Shown: positions 12,222 through 23,850 of the stretch, piece after piece | How the letters are laid out: every line of letters starts with the position of its first letter | Numbering within the stretch: position 1 is the first letter of the stretch | Origin: Lama glama | Lineage: Eukaryota | Length of the DNA: 64,000 nucleotides | Assembly: GCA_028534125.1 (NCBI GenBank) | Contig: CM052817.1 | Location: 92,196,001 to 92,260,000 of the forward strand | Direction: 5' to 3' | Notes under the pieces: generated by a model | What the model was told of the DNA's origin: nothing | What the model saw: only the letters and a program-made list of their open reading frames with translations | Databases searched by the model: none | Program-made: the position numbers and the translations under genes

Positions 12222-12265
12222 CGTGCACGGTGAGAACAAGCACTCAGAGAATGTTAAAAGTAATA
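12075..12265 (+). mobile_element. MIR SINE interrupted by a GT microsatellite
   Basis: GTTTTCTCATCTATAAAATAGGGGTGATGAT core; tail AAGCACTCAGAGAATGTTA after the repeat. Confidence 0.6.
12186..12229. repeat. (GT)n(GC)n alternating purine-pyrimidine microsatellite
   Basis: Read directly: about (GT)12 then GCGCGCGCGTGCGTGCACG. Confidence 0.95.
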
Positions 12266-13224
12266 GAAATCCATTTTGTAGTAGGAGAGTAAACTAGTAT
12301 GAATGACAGCAGCCACATGTGCATCTTGTACATGCTTAGGCTTATTCGTTTATTATTTAAACAAATATTTAGGTCCTACCTTTGACCTGAGGTTCATGGT
12401 ACAGCAGCCACTGATAAAGACATGCAAGGCCTTTTTCAGGTGTAAGATCGTCTTCTCATTTAAAAAATATACGTTCTGTAATTTTTCACCCATCGGATGG
12501 GGTTTTATTTTACCACGTAAAGGGAAGCATGAAGTCTTTCAGGCCCCTTCTAGCATATCCCAGTGCTTTACAAAGATGTTTCTGACACTCTGAGAGCCAC
12601 GTATCGTGTATCACTCTTTCACCAACAGATGGAGAAAATGAAGCATGAAGAGGTGAAGCGAGGTCACTGAGGGAGCAGGTGAGGGACTGGCTTCTGGTCT
12701 CTTGCTCCTAACCCTGCTCCACCGTGTCTCTTTCATAAACAGCCAATAACTTTATCTCCAGGCCAAACACTGAAAACCAGGACCCACAGCATTTGAGTGC
12801 AAATGGGATCTCCATCCTACGCAGAGCCCAGGGCCTGAGCAGAAATGGAGGAGAGACGAGTGTTACCACTGGAGGTGAAAACTCACAGTGATGTGCCAGA
12901 AACAAGGAAGTGATGAGAGGAAAGCCCCCTGTGATCAGTCCATCAACTGCTAACAGATCAAGATCATATAAACCTAAATGTTTACTTTCTTTAATAACCT
13001 ATTTTGACACTATACTTAGAGATTTTCCTTCCTTAATATCAGACTGTGCAGAGAAATAAGCTGATGACAAAATAATGAAATTTTCATGTGAATGTTCATA
13101 CGTTGTGATAATGCATATCATCGTGTATAAGTCAACTAAATGCTTAGGTTGACAACATTTCTACTTAAAAATTGCAGTTGTGACCCATTTTCCTTTTACA
13201 TATTGTGTACTTTCATACCTTATC

Positions 13225-13420
13225 TCTAGGTTTTCCAGCAGGCTCCACCACTCACTAGCTTTGTGACCTTAGGCAACATCTCTGAGCCTCAAATTTCTTC
13301 TCTGTCAGTGGGGTAATCAGGCCTATCTCAGATTTTTTCACTAAGATTAAATGGCTTCATGTTTGTAAAAGTTTCGAACACAATCCCTAGTACATAGAGG
13401 GTGCTTAGTAAATGCTTTTT
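13225..13420 (+). mobile_element. MIR SINE
   Basis: CCACTCACTAGCTTTGTGACCTTAGGCAA..TCTCTGAGCCTCA..AGATTAAATG..GTACATAG..GCTTAGTAAATG. Confidence 0.8.
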
Positions 13421-13444
13421 CCTTCTTCACCATCTTCAAATATA

Positions 13445-13680
13445 TTTCTTATAAAGTGCTTTAACTGTTGGAAATACTTTCATACATACTGCACACAATT
13501 CAATATGGTAGCTAAGAGGTATGTAATTATTCTTGCTAAATATATGGGAAAACTCTGTCTCTGAAAGGTTAAGTAATTTGCTCAGAGTCACACAGCAAAT
13601 TGGTGTGACACGTAAACCTGGAACTTAGTCCTGTGATCCCTAGACTTTCCAGAAACTTCCATCTATTGCCACCACTGCCT
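13445..13680 (-). mobile_element. MIR/MIR3 SINE
   Basis: AAAGTGCTTT..GAAAGGTTAAGTAATTTGCTCAGAGTCACACAGC..GGAACTTAGTCCTGTGATCCC. Confidence 0.7.
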
Positions 13681-14726
13681 CTACGTGAACAGAAGCACCT
13701 CATTTGCAGTCTACCCCAAACCAATTCCAACTCCCAGGAGGCAGCTCCTTGGGGCCTTTTCCTGGTCTTCCCTGCACTGCCCCAGCTTCAATCCCACCCC
13801 ATTCCTCAGGACTCCCCTCTGCCTCCACCTGGGGCTGGATATTCAGGGACTAATCCCCATGGCACAGAAGTCAAAACGAATTGGGAAGGAACGTTCTTTT
13901 AAACGAAAGACTACCACCATACACATTATGTCGTTAAATATCTGCAGCATGATAAAATCATCCCAAATGTCACCAATCCCTCGGGGACTTATTAATAATT
14001 AAGCATTTTTAGTTCGCTTAGGGATGCAGATTCCATTTAACATGAGAATGTACACGAAATACGTCCATTATATCACGGCTTGCAACAGAATATGTTAAGG
14101 ACCTCAGCTGGGTTTCTTCAAGACAGATGACAAAGTTAATGCAGGTATCAGCCTTTGATAAAGGCAGCACAAGAGCCCAAAAGCAGCATCCTGGATTTGT
14201 GTTTATTAGAAGTGTTTATTAGAATGACTAATAATGGAAGAGAGATACGCCAAAAGAAGCCTAAAGGAAACAGAATAGAGAATATTCTGCAGGATAGAGG
14301 GCAGAGCAGAGCCCCGGGATCTGAGGCAGAGTGAATCACTTATCTTCACACTGATTTTTAAGGTTTTTAAGGACTGGGACAGGTTAAGAAGGCCTTGTTC
14401 TCTGTGTTTCACTTAATGAAAAGGCCGCTTACATTTTTATATAGCTTACTCCAAAAAATACATGGCCCTGGACACACAGACACACACACACATACAAGCA
14501 AGCACTTTTCCTTAAAAAGCAGATTTCTTTATTTGCTTTGTTTTCTTTATAACAACATCTGATTCTCTTTTCTTCTTCTCTATTTCCTGGGCAAAGTGAA
14601 ATACTGAGTATCTTGAAAGAAAGAAAGGGAAGCTGACACAAGGTTGCCAATCTTCTTTATCTCTCTGAGAGATTTACTGTTTTTTTTCCAGGCCCACCGA
14701 AGAAGGTCCCTTTTGAAGATGATCAA

Positions 14727-14799
14727 GGAGAGAAAGAGACTGAGAGAGAGGAGAGTGTGAGTGGGTGAGTGAGTGAGTGAGTGAGTGTGTGTGTGTGTG
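14727..14799. repeat. Compound (GA)n/(GTGA)n/(GT)n microsatellite
   Basis: Read directly. Confidence 0.9.
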
Positions 14800-17143
14800 G
14801 TGAGATCTAGGGAAATTGGTGATCCAGCCGCCTTCTGTGGGGTTCTCCAGACTAGCTCTGCAATGTGTAATCTTTTGGGCCTGTTATTTACTCTCTCTCC
14901 CCAGGCCACCTTCCGTATCAATAGATGTTTTCATGATCTAGAAATCCCTTCTAGCCTTAGGGTACCAGAAATCTAGCCTTGAAGTAGGGAGGTTTCTTCT
15001 CAATGGTGGCTGAAGAATTTTGCAGTCTTTTAGCAGAGAAGGACCGTGGATAAATTCTTCCACTTCCCTGTTTCCTAAACTGAAACTGTAGGCAAAGCAG
15101 GCCACTTCTTTCCTCCCTCACTTTCAGGACCTGGCAACTTAATAAAAGAGCCATACATTTGGTTGTAAGAGCCCCAACAGAAGAGAAGGATGCTCTCCTG
15201 ACCAGGGAGGTCAGTGGGACAGGCTGTCACCAGAACACAGAAACTGCTAGGAAGGTTGTTCTTATGTTCACTGTAGCTAACCTGGGGGCCAGAGGACTCA
15301 GCAAAGCCGAGAAGCAGCAGGACTTAATATGGAAAGTGGACTTGCTTTGCTTTACAGCCTCTACACTTTCATTCAAACGTTATCAGGGTTCAATGTCCAG
15401 CTAGGACTGCCTCCAGGGGACATCTGGTCTGAGAAAGGTATGTCTGTAGGAATCACTCCCTCCCTGAGTGTTCTCTAAAACCAGTTCTTTCCGAAGTTAG
15501 ACACAAGGTCCAGGCAAGTAGAGACTGTTGAGTAGACTCCCACCCTAGTCTCAGGAAGGAATTGACATGGCTGGAGAGGAATGTAGGAAGGGTTGGGGAG
15601 AGAAGGTAGGGCTATTTATCATGCAGCAGCCTTGGGACAGAGGCAGAGGAGGAGGGGCTGAGTTTCAAAACAATTTGTAGACTTAGAGACTATAAAAATG
15701 GTGGAGGAAAGATGATTTAAAGTCAGATAGATTAATAAACCCAATTATCCTGGGTAGTTTTCTTTAGCCACTGGTTTTCCTATCCTGAATGGCACTGTTG
15801 CCTTTTCCTGCTCTTAACCAGATCATCCTAGATGACAACTATTTCACCACTGATGGAAGCAGCTGGTGAGGTTTCTCACTTGGCCTTCACACACATACAC
15901 ACAACCACCTCCACCCTAATAGTCTGAGGAATTACTGTGCTCTGTCTCTTTAAAAAAATCCAGAAAACTCTTTGGGTACTGCCAAGGCTAATCAGTCAGA
16001 ATTATGCTTATAACCAGGTGGGATCTCATCACCTATGGTTCATAAGTAGTTGCTTCAGATCAGGAGTGAGGATACATATCCAATAGGGCGTGGCCTCAAC
16101 CTTTCCCAGATAAACAATATGTGTACATAGGTGCATGTTGGGGGAGGGGGTTGTTTCCTGGTTGAGCTGCTGTAATTTCTCACACTTTTGGCTCCTGGCA
16201 AAGAAAAGCATCTTTGAGATTTCTAGGGCTCTCTGAGCATGATCACAGGTTTTCCACGCTTGTAGGAGTAGAGTCCAAACAATTCACTGCATGGGTGATT
16301 AAACTGTGGCCCAGAGTTTAGCCAGATTAAGTGTGGTCACCCAGCTGGTTAGCCACAGAGCCAGAGAAGGAACATGGGTCTCTAGCCTCCTTGTCCTGCG
16401 CTCTTCCCACCCAGGTGGATTCCAGGAGATTTGTTCTGCAGAACTTCCATTCCGCTTTGTACTCAGTTGGAGACAATGAATCATATCATGGGTTTATGTA
16501 TCCAAAGTCTTTACCAATCAAATGTTCCCCAGCTCCACTCTCACCCAGGCTGCTGGAAGGCCATGTATCTGCATAAGGATATGGCAGGAGCTCTCTGCTC
16601 CCACAGGACATCTGTTCTTTTTTTTTTTTTTTAAATCAAAGTCCTTTTCCTTTGCCCCAAGGTTAATTTCTCCTTGGCCTCAATTTCTTTTATCTCTGTC
16701 TACTCACTTATATTAGTATATATGCCAAGACTTAAACACACTACCTTTAAATTTGGGAGATACTAAACACAACTAAATGCAATCCACAGCACCTAAAAAA
16801 TAATCTAAGTTTGTGTGATATTTCTTATGCTCTGCCCTTGGTGATCATATGATGGGTGGGAGCTTTGATGTCATGTCAGTATCAACTGTTTCCTTCTGAA
16901 GAGGAGGGTGAGCAACTTGCCCAAGAAAAGCTAGCAAAGCTGGAATGGGATGGTCCCCGTAGACTCACTGACTTTTCTTCTTTCTATTATGCCACAACAC
17001 CAACCTGCTAAAGTTGGGTTTTACACCCTCTCTTCATTTTTGTCCAACCCCTGGTAGACAGAGATACCAGTGGTCAGCAAGGTGGATGTGGTATGAGCAC
17101 AGACAGGACATGGAGAGACAGGATGAGGCCTGAACAACCCAGC

Positions 17144-17352
17144 CCACACTGCTCAACACACTAACCACAAGCCATGTGTGGATATTTTAACGAAAAATAA
17201 TTAAAATTAAATGAAATTAAAAGTTTAGTTCTTCGGTTGCACTAGCTACCTTTCAAGTGCTCAATAGCCACAAGTGGCTAGAGGCCATTACACTGGGCAA
17301 CCTGGAGATGGGGCATTTCTTCCACCATGGAAACTTCTAGGGGACAGCTCTG
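17144..17352 (-). mobile_element. MER3 (hAT-Charlie MITE)
   Basis: AATTAAAATTAAAT..TTCAAGTGCTCAATAGCCACAAGTGGCTAG..GGACAGCTCTG is the reverse of MER3. Confidence 0.85.
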
Positions 17353-17384
17353 CCAGGCTCCAGGCCATCAGGGCCTGAAAAGAA

Positions 17385-17570
17385 CAGCCACCATTTATTG
17401 AGCCCCAACAGCATGCCAGGCCCTATTGTTGATGTTTTATGCCTATTATTTCATCAATCATCATGAAACCTGTGAAGTATTATTATTTGCCTTTGACAGA
17501 GGAAGAAACTGATGTCAAACATTCTTAGTAATTTGGCTTTTTGGTTTCATAGTAAATGGCAGAAACATGA
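17385..17570 (-). mobile_element. MIR SINE
   Basis: CATTTATTGAGC..ATGCCAGGC..ACAGAGGAAGAAACTGA. Confidence 0.7.
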
Positions 17571-17635
17571 ACATAGACTTGTTAATGGCAAACTATAATA
17601 TGAGTTGTAGTTTTCTGTAAGGAGCCATAAAGACT

Positions 17636-17872
17636 GATAATATAGCTAATATTTACGGAGCACCTACTATGTGCCAGGTACTGTTCTGACAAGTAACACA
17701 TGAAATCACTGAATCCTCTATAGGGTAGGGAGGATCATTTATCCTATGAAGAAATGAACTTAGAGAGGTTAAGAAACTGTCCTAATGTCACCCAGGTAGT
17801 AAATGATGGAGTCAGGATGTGAACTCAGGCAGTCTGATTTTAGAAGCCAGGTGCCAATCCACTATGCCACAC
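17636..17872 (-). mobile_element. MIR SINE (near full length)
   Basis: ATAGCTAATATTTA..GAGCACCTACTATGTGCCAGG..AGAGAGGTTAAG..GAACTCAGGCAGTCTGA. Confidence 0.9.
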
Positions 17873-19589
17873 TGGTGACTCACTGGATGCTGCTTCTATG
17901 TTGTATAAAAGGCAAGGACTAACCTGTGGCTTATGACTCCAATCCCTGTTCACAGGGCTGATCGCACTTTCCAGATGGGCTCTCTCAAAGAGCCAATTGT
18001 CAGATGCCTATGCTCAGAAGGATCAGCTCCATTTCTCCTTGCTTCTGGCCAGCAAGGCCTGTTGCTCTCTCTGCTATGCTGCCACAGCTAGAAGTCATCA
18101 TGAAAGTCATGCTTGAGCAAGTTCTGAAAGGAGTCCTGTGGTCTACTTCTTGGAGTTGTCCCACCTCAGCTCACCACAGGGCAACGTCGAGAGCATCCTG
18201 TTGACATTCCTTCTTGACATTTGGTCCGCCCAGCGGACATCCCTTCAGTCCTGGTGGGCTGGCTGCATTCCAGGCATGTTGGTGAATCTGTTCCTTTAAA
18301 GTTCTGGTAGGTAATCCTCATGAGCTGACTCAAGAAGCTGGCTGTGATGTTTGTGGCACTGGTCTGTAGATGTCTGTTTACTATGGTCTAGAACCAGGTG
18401 CCAAATAGGCATCATACTCTACCTGCCAGCCTTATCATGATATCTTGATTATTTTTTGCTTTATTTTTATATTGCTTTGATAGTTTTAGCATTACTGCTA
18501 CCTGAGAAGAAAAAATTCAACGGAGGTGTTTTTCTTGTATTACAGTGGTGAACATCTTCTGGCTACTAATAGGATTTTCATTAAGTGGGTTAGCATTTAA
18601 TCTTGGTCAGCTTTTTGACTTTTCACACCCTTAGCAGAATTATAACTTTGCAGGATGGTCCAAAGTCTTTGGAGGCTGTTTCAAGTAGGGTGGCTTAGCT
18701 GTCACCATGTAACAGCTCATAAATGGCTTAAAGAGAGAACTGCCTGTGGGTTGTGAAGTTGGAAGCACCTCCCTAAGAACTTGAAACTTAGGCTTCTTGA
18801 TGTACTTTGGAACAAATAAATACTCAAGCCAGTCTCCAAATATTAATGGTGTGAACTGGCTGTGAGGAATACCAGTAAATAACTGGCAGAATCTTCAGGG
18901 AATCCCATTGCACTTCTTCAGGCAAGTCAATAATAGGTCTTGTGTAAGTCAACTCGCATTATTAAAGATTTCTGTAAAATTGGTGGATACACTGCACTTG
19001 CTCTACATGATGTACCACAGATATACCACAGGAAAGTCACTCCCACCTCACCCCTGCAGCCCAAATACACAGCTGTCTTTCAAGGGTACAACTGACCTTA
19101 TTATGCAATCACTGGTTTGCCAGGATACTGACATGAATTTTGCTACAACAGAAAACTGTTGGAAGTTTGTAAGAGCTGTCTTAACATTCTCACATATTTT
19201 TCTCCTCCAAAACAGTGAAGAACTTGAAGTCCTGTTGTATGTTTTTGGCACTCTCCATAACAAAGAATGGTAAATACAGCTATCTGAGTAGCTTCTTCCA
19301 TTTCAACTTGAGAATTTCTTCAGGTGCAGGCCCATGATTATAATTCATGCCTCCAGCTTCCTGGTCAGAAAAAATTCATATTTTTAACTTAAAGTGGCAT
19401 GAATGCTTCAAGAGGTAGAACATTCCTTCTTATGAAGAGCCTCAAGCAAAAGGCGATTGGCTGTTTAGAGGGAGGATTATGAAGGGGATTTAAGAACTGG
19501 TCGGGTGGCCAGATGAAATTTCCCAATCAAACCCTGACAGGCTATGATTTAGCATGTTCTCTAGTCTGCAAAGTTTTGTATTCACAATG

Positions 19590-19965
19590 TTCTACTCCTT
19601 AAACACATCACACTTTTTTCTTCTTAGGGTTGTTGCCCACACAGTGTTTTTTCCCTGGAAGGTCAACATACGGCTAAGATAGACCTTTTTTATTGTTCAG
19701 ATTTTGATTTAAATGTTTCCTTCTTAGAGAGGCCATTTTTAATCTCTCTGTCTATGGAGGTAGACTATATTGCTTTCTATCTCTGAATCCATTTAATTTC
19801 CTCCCCCCTAAAATGCATGCATTTTGTGGGTACATCAATACTTGTATGTGAGTTGGTTGTTTGTAGACTGCAAGGTGGGGGGATACATTTTTGTTTTATT
19901 CATGAATGTTCTGTGCGTATTTAGCACATAACCGGCATTTAAACAATTGTTGAATGTCTGACTGG
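19590..19965 (+). mobile_element. L2 LINE 3' end
   Basis: TTAAATGTTTCCTTCTTAGAGAGGCC..TTTGTTTTATTCA..TAGCACATA..TTGTTGAATG tail. Confidence 0.7.
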
Positions 19966-21574
19966 GCAAATGACTATTAAAATCAGATTAAAGTCATTTA
20001 TAGAATCTAAGCTGCAGAACTTTTGAACTGGAAGACATACCCATAGCCAGTCTACTCCATTGTTTATCAGTGAAGTATAAATGTCTTCAGTTTCTTGTTT
20101 TCCGTACTCTACAATGTTGATGGCTGAGCTATGAAAATTTCTAAGCACTATATAGCTATTTTTGATTAGGTTGCATGTTGGGACTTGTGTACTATACCAT
20201 CAGAAATCCCAGCAGGAGAAAAGAAAGTTTTTTGTTTTGTTTTTTAAATAATACCCCAGGCTTGGATATACATGGATAGTCTATCAACTCCTTTCCAGAT
20301 CATTTGAATAACATGATCATCCTGCAGTCTCCACAGATCTCCAGTTTGTCTGCAGGCAGTGGGTCTATCCTTGAGTTCTTCCTCGGGTCCTGTGGGTGGA
20401 CAGTGACCCTGCCAGTCTGACTAGCGGTCACCATGGTGAACGCCCCATGTGGGGGCTGGTCACAGTGAATATAACAGGACCAAAGTAGAAGGCATGGATG
20501 ACCAGATGCATTAGGAACAAAGAGGGAGGGGAGCAGGGTCCCGAAAATAGAAATCACATCAAAAAATAGATGACGAGTTGATAATGCCTTGAGGCCTTTG
20601 TTCAGGAACACTCTGGTACTATAAAGGGAAAAATGACAGTAGCATATTCTTCTGTGAAGTGTGAGTCGGTTTTTCTTCAAGAGTTCTTTCCAAAGAAGGC
20701 CTTGTGGGCTGTGGCTAACTCCGTTTTCCATTTTTATCTGGATTTGTTCTTCAACGCAAATGTTATTCTTTTGCCAAGGACTGCTGTATCATCACATTAA
20801 CAACAAGATAAACAAACTTGACAAAAATTCACTGAAAACAATAACTGTGGTAATTGCATCTTCTTGTCCTAGGTATTCCCTTTTTGTTTGCAATTAAAAA
20901 GCAGTTCCAGCAGTTGTGCGTGCTGTATCATTTGTTCACCTTAAATAAATACTTTTGAATCTAAAAATATAGCAGAAATAAAACTTTCTGGAAAAAAAAA
21001 TAAAACCCTGAAACTTAGAATCACATCAAAAACAAGAAATGGATTTTTAAGGGATCAGGATGGTTTTCAAAAGTTGAGGTTTCCTGACAAGCCAGCTCTG
21101 TTTTGGCCCTAGATCCAGGGGACCTAAGGGGTTTATCCAAAACAGGCAGCCCCAGACTTCTAGATGAATGGTATAGATGCCGAGGAGGAGATTTTAGATT
21201 TGTTTAGCCTTAACAGAACTATGAGTTGACTACACTCATTGGCAGATATTTCAGGAAAGAACAGCATTTCCAGTAGCATTTGGTCAGCTCAAGACTATTA
21301 TCTAGAAATTCATTTAATTCATGCTGCTTGAATTAAGCACACAACTCTCAATTGTGACAAACAGTGAACACGTGTGAGACCCCTACCAGAGGTGGTGTAC
21401 AAGTGTGAGTTTGCCATTTTTAGGGACAGAGGCTCAGCTGCCCACTTTTCTCTCCAGAAAACTTCAGGAAGAAGCAAAGTGACTGGCCACTGTGGCTTTC
21501 ACGCCTGATCCATGGAGCCACACGGCTCTGAGCCCTTCAGGACATGGTAATCTGTCTCCTCCCATCTGACCTAC

Positions 21575-21850
21575 GGGCTTTTCAGCAGCCATCTCCTAAC
21601 AAGAGCGAAAGATCTGACAGTCTCCTTTTCTGTGCTCACACTTCCCCCATGACATGCTGAAACCAGCACAGCAGAACAGACACACTCATAATAAGACCAA
21701 AAAGCAGTGACAGTGCTGGGATTTTTATACCTGGGCCAAATGCCAGAGCTGGCTCAGGGGAGGAGAGGGATGCCCTCCCCTCAACCCCTCAACCCCTCAA
21801 CCCGGTTCAAAAACAAAGGTCAGGGCTACTATTAACTCAGCGCAGCTGGC
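21575..21850 (-). promoter_or_regulatory. Candidate TATA promoter and short first exon
   Basis: Minus TATAAAAA at 21729-21722; AAAGGTCA at 21815-21822; (CCCCTCAA)3 at ~21777-21803; downstream GAG-ATG-G and CCC|GTAGGT donor at 21575/21574. Confidence 0.3.
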
Positions 21851-22349
21851 AGACTCTAGCTTGAGGTTTTTTTCCCCAGAACATTTGGAAGTGAGGCCTT
21901 CCTGTGAGGTCAACACGGGGGCTGGCTTTTAGACCCCAGCCATGTATATGGAGCCAGCAGTGCTGATGAAGCAAAGGAGCAGGACCCTCACTACCAGCCC
22001 GACTTTGGGCAATGGAAGCCCCCTGGCTCTTTTGGGTGTTGCTAAATTAGTCATTATATAGCATCTAGACACCTAAAACAGACTTAAATGGTTTTTCATC
22101 TGGTGCCCCCAAAGTGTTAATAAGCCTATTTAAATGTCTGAGCTATACCTGTGAGGCTCTGGGGAGAATGTGCCCTCACTGGATTTCTTCTCTTTTCTTG
22201 AAGGGGAAATAAACCTTGCTGACTCAGAAGGGAGTAGAGAAGCTAATTGTTAGTAGTTGGGTTCAACTTTGGTGGATGTCTGTAGAAATACCAGGGATCG
22301 TCCATTGTCTCTGCAAGATAATCTAATCTAATTTCAACTGTAAACTTAA

Positions 22350-22570
22350 AAATTTACTGAACAGATAGTACACGGCTGGCAGTTTATATGCATTACCTCT
22401 GTTCATCTTCACAGGAACCCTTAGGTGAGTATCATGACCACTATTTATCTAGAGTAGCAAACTGGGGCTAAGGGAGGTTAAATGACATGCCCACCTTGCC
22501 CCTTAGCAAATGGGGGATTCAGAATTCCAACCTGGGTGTGTCTGACTCCAAAGCCCATATTCTATACTCT
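22350..22570 (-). mobile_element. MIR SINE
   Basis: AAACTGGGGCTAAGGGAGGTTAAATGAC..GTGTCTGACTCCAAAGCCCAT. Confidence 0.8.
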
Positions 22571-22889
22571 CAAGACCTTCCAACTGAGGAGGAAGAATGT
22601 GTATTCAAGGGAGGGAAGAAGGGAAGAACCTAACACAGCCCACAGCCCAGACTCAGGGGCAGGAAAAGGGATGGTGGCTGAAGGCTACAGAGGGGCAGAT
22701 GGGATCTTCTGCTGGGAATGACCAATCGGAGAGTGTTCCTTGGCTCTCCTCTTGGGCCCCTTCTCCTCATTCTAGGCAACAGTGATGCCAATTCTGTCTC
22801 AGAGGCAGCAAACTGTATCTCCCTCTCTGTCCAAGGTAGAGTCAGTTGTTCATAGTAACAGTTACTCCAGCCTGGGCTCCTGCTAAATT

Positions 22890-23075
22890 AAGCACCACTT
22901 TTTAAAAATCCTCATAACATTGCTATGAGATAAGTATTACTGATGCTTTTTACAGCTGGGGAGGTGGAACGTTGGGGAGTTTAGGAACATCCCCAAGGTC
23001 AGGAAGCCCCAGGTGTCAATGTTCACGTTTCATTCCAGGCCTCACGACTTTAGAGCCATCAAGAATCTTAACACG
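22890..23075 (-). mobile_element. MIR SINE
   Basis: AATCCTCATAACA..CTATGAGATAAGTATTA..TTTTACAG..CCCAAGGTCA. Confidence 0.65.
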
Positions 23076-23094
23076 ATGTTCTACTAGACAGAGG

Positions 23095-23850
23095 TTGGGG
23101 GTCGGCCGACCGCGTGGCCTGTTCATCGTCGGTGAACTGACAGCGCCAGCCCGCGCGCGACACTGAAGAGGCAGGGTCGCGCGACTCCTGGAAGGAAGCT
23201 TGCTGATGGCGCCAGCTAGGCCCAGGCACCCACATGGGTCCCTCCTGCTCTGGGGCTCACCGGACGTGCTGCCTGGGGACTTGGTCTCCTCTCGCTGGCC
23301 TTGGCATTGCCCGAGTCAGAAGGCTGCCTGGCTGGACAGCGTTTGGGATGGGCTTGGGTTCCGATGCCCGGGATGGGTGAGCTGGGGAAGGAAATGTCCA
23401 GCCTTCGGCGGGCCCCAGCACCGGGTCGTGGGGCTCTGCACCCTGATCACCATTTCTCCTGTAGTGGCCTGTCTGATCGGCCGGGCGCGGCAGGAGGGTG
23501 GTGGGTGACCGCGGGGAAGAGAAGGGGCGCCGGGCTCCTGAGCCGCCGAGACCCCGGAGGCTTTGTGTATTCGAAACCGGATTCCCCACCTCCCTTCCCC
23601 GCCTCCCATTCCTGCTTTCTTTTCCCCTAACCGAAGTCCCAGTAGAGTATCCAGCAATTAGCACACGATGGGGTGGGGGTGGGAGGAGTGGAAGGGGGTG
23701 GGAGGAGTGGAAGACGGCGGCGGGCGGGCGTGGGGGCGGCGAGACCCCAGCCTCCCCTGCCGGGATCGGTCCCCGGGCTCCTGCCTGCGCTGCCTTCGTG
23801 CGCCACCTACCGGCTGCTCGCGGCCGCTGCGAGCCCGCCGCGGCTGTTCC
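23095..23850. promoter_or_regulatory. CpG island / likely promoter of an unidentified gene
   Basis: About 750 bp GC-rich with dense CpG (GCGCGCGA, GTCGCGCGAC, NotI GCGGCCGC at 23820-23827) in a CpG-poor window; GC boxes ~23722-23740; minus donors CCG|GTGAGC (23261) and CCG|GTAGGT (23811). Confidence 0.75.
23800..23813 (-). promoter_or_regulatory. CTCF core motif candidate
   Basis: Minus strand CCGGTAGGTGGCGC versus consensus CCRSYAGRKGGCRS. Confidence 0.55.

Noticed and set aside
13225..13680. Adjacent oppositely oriented MIRs as a dsRNA/miRNA source
   Set aside because: The copies look too diverged to form a long duplex
23100..23185. Short palindromes GGTCGGCCGACC and GTCGCGCGAC
   Set aside because: Expected more often in CpG-rich DNA and not a match to the TCTCGCGAGA motif
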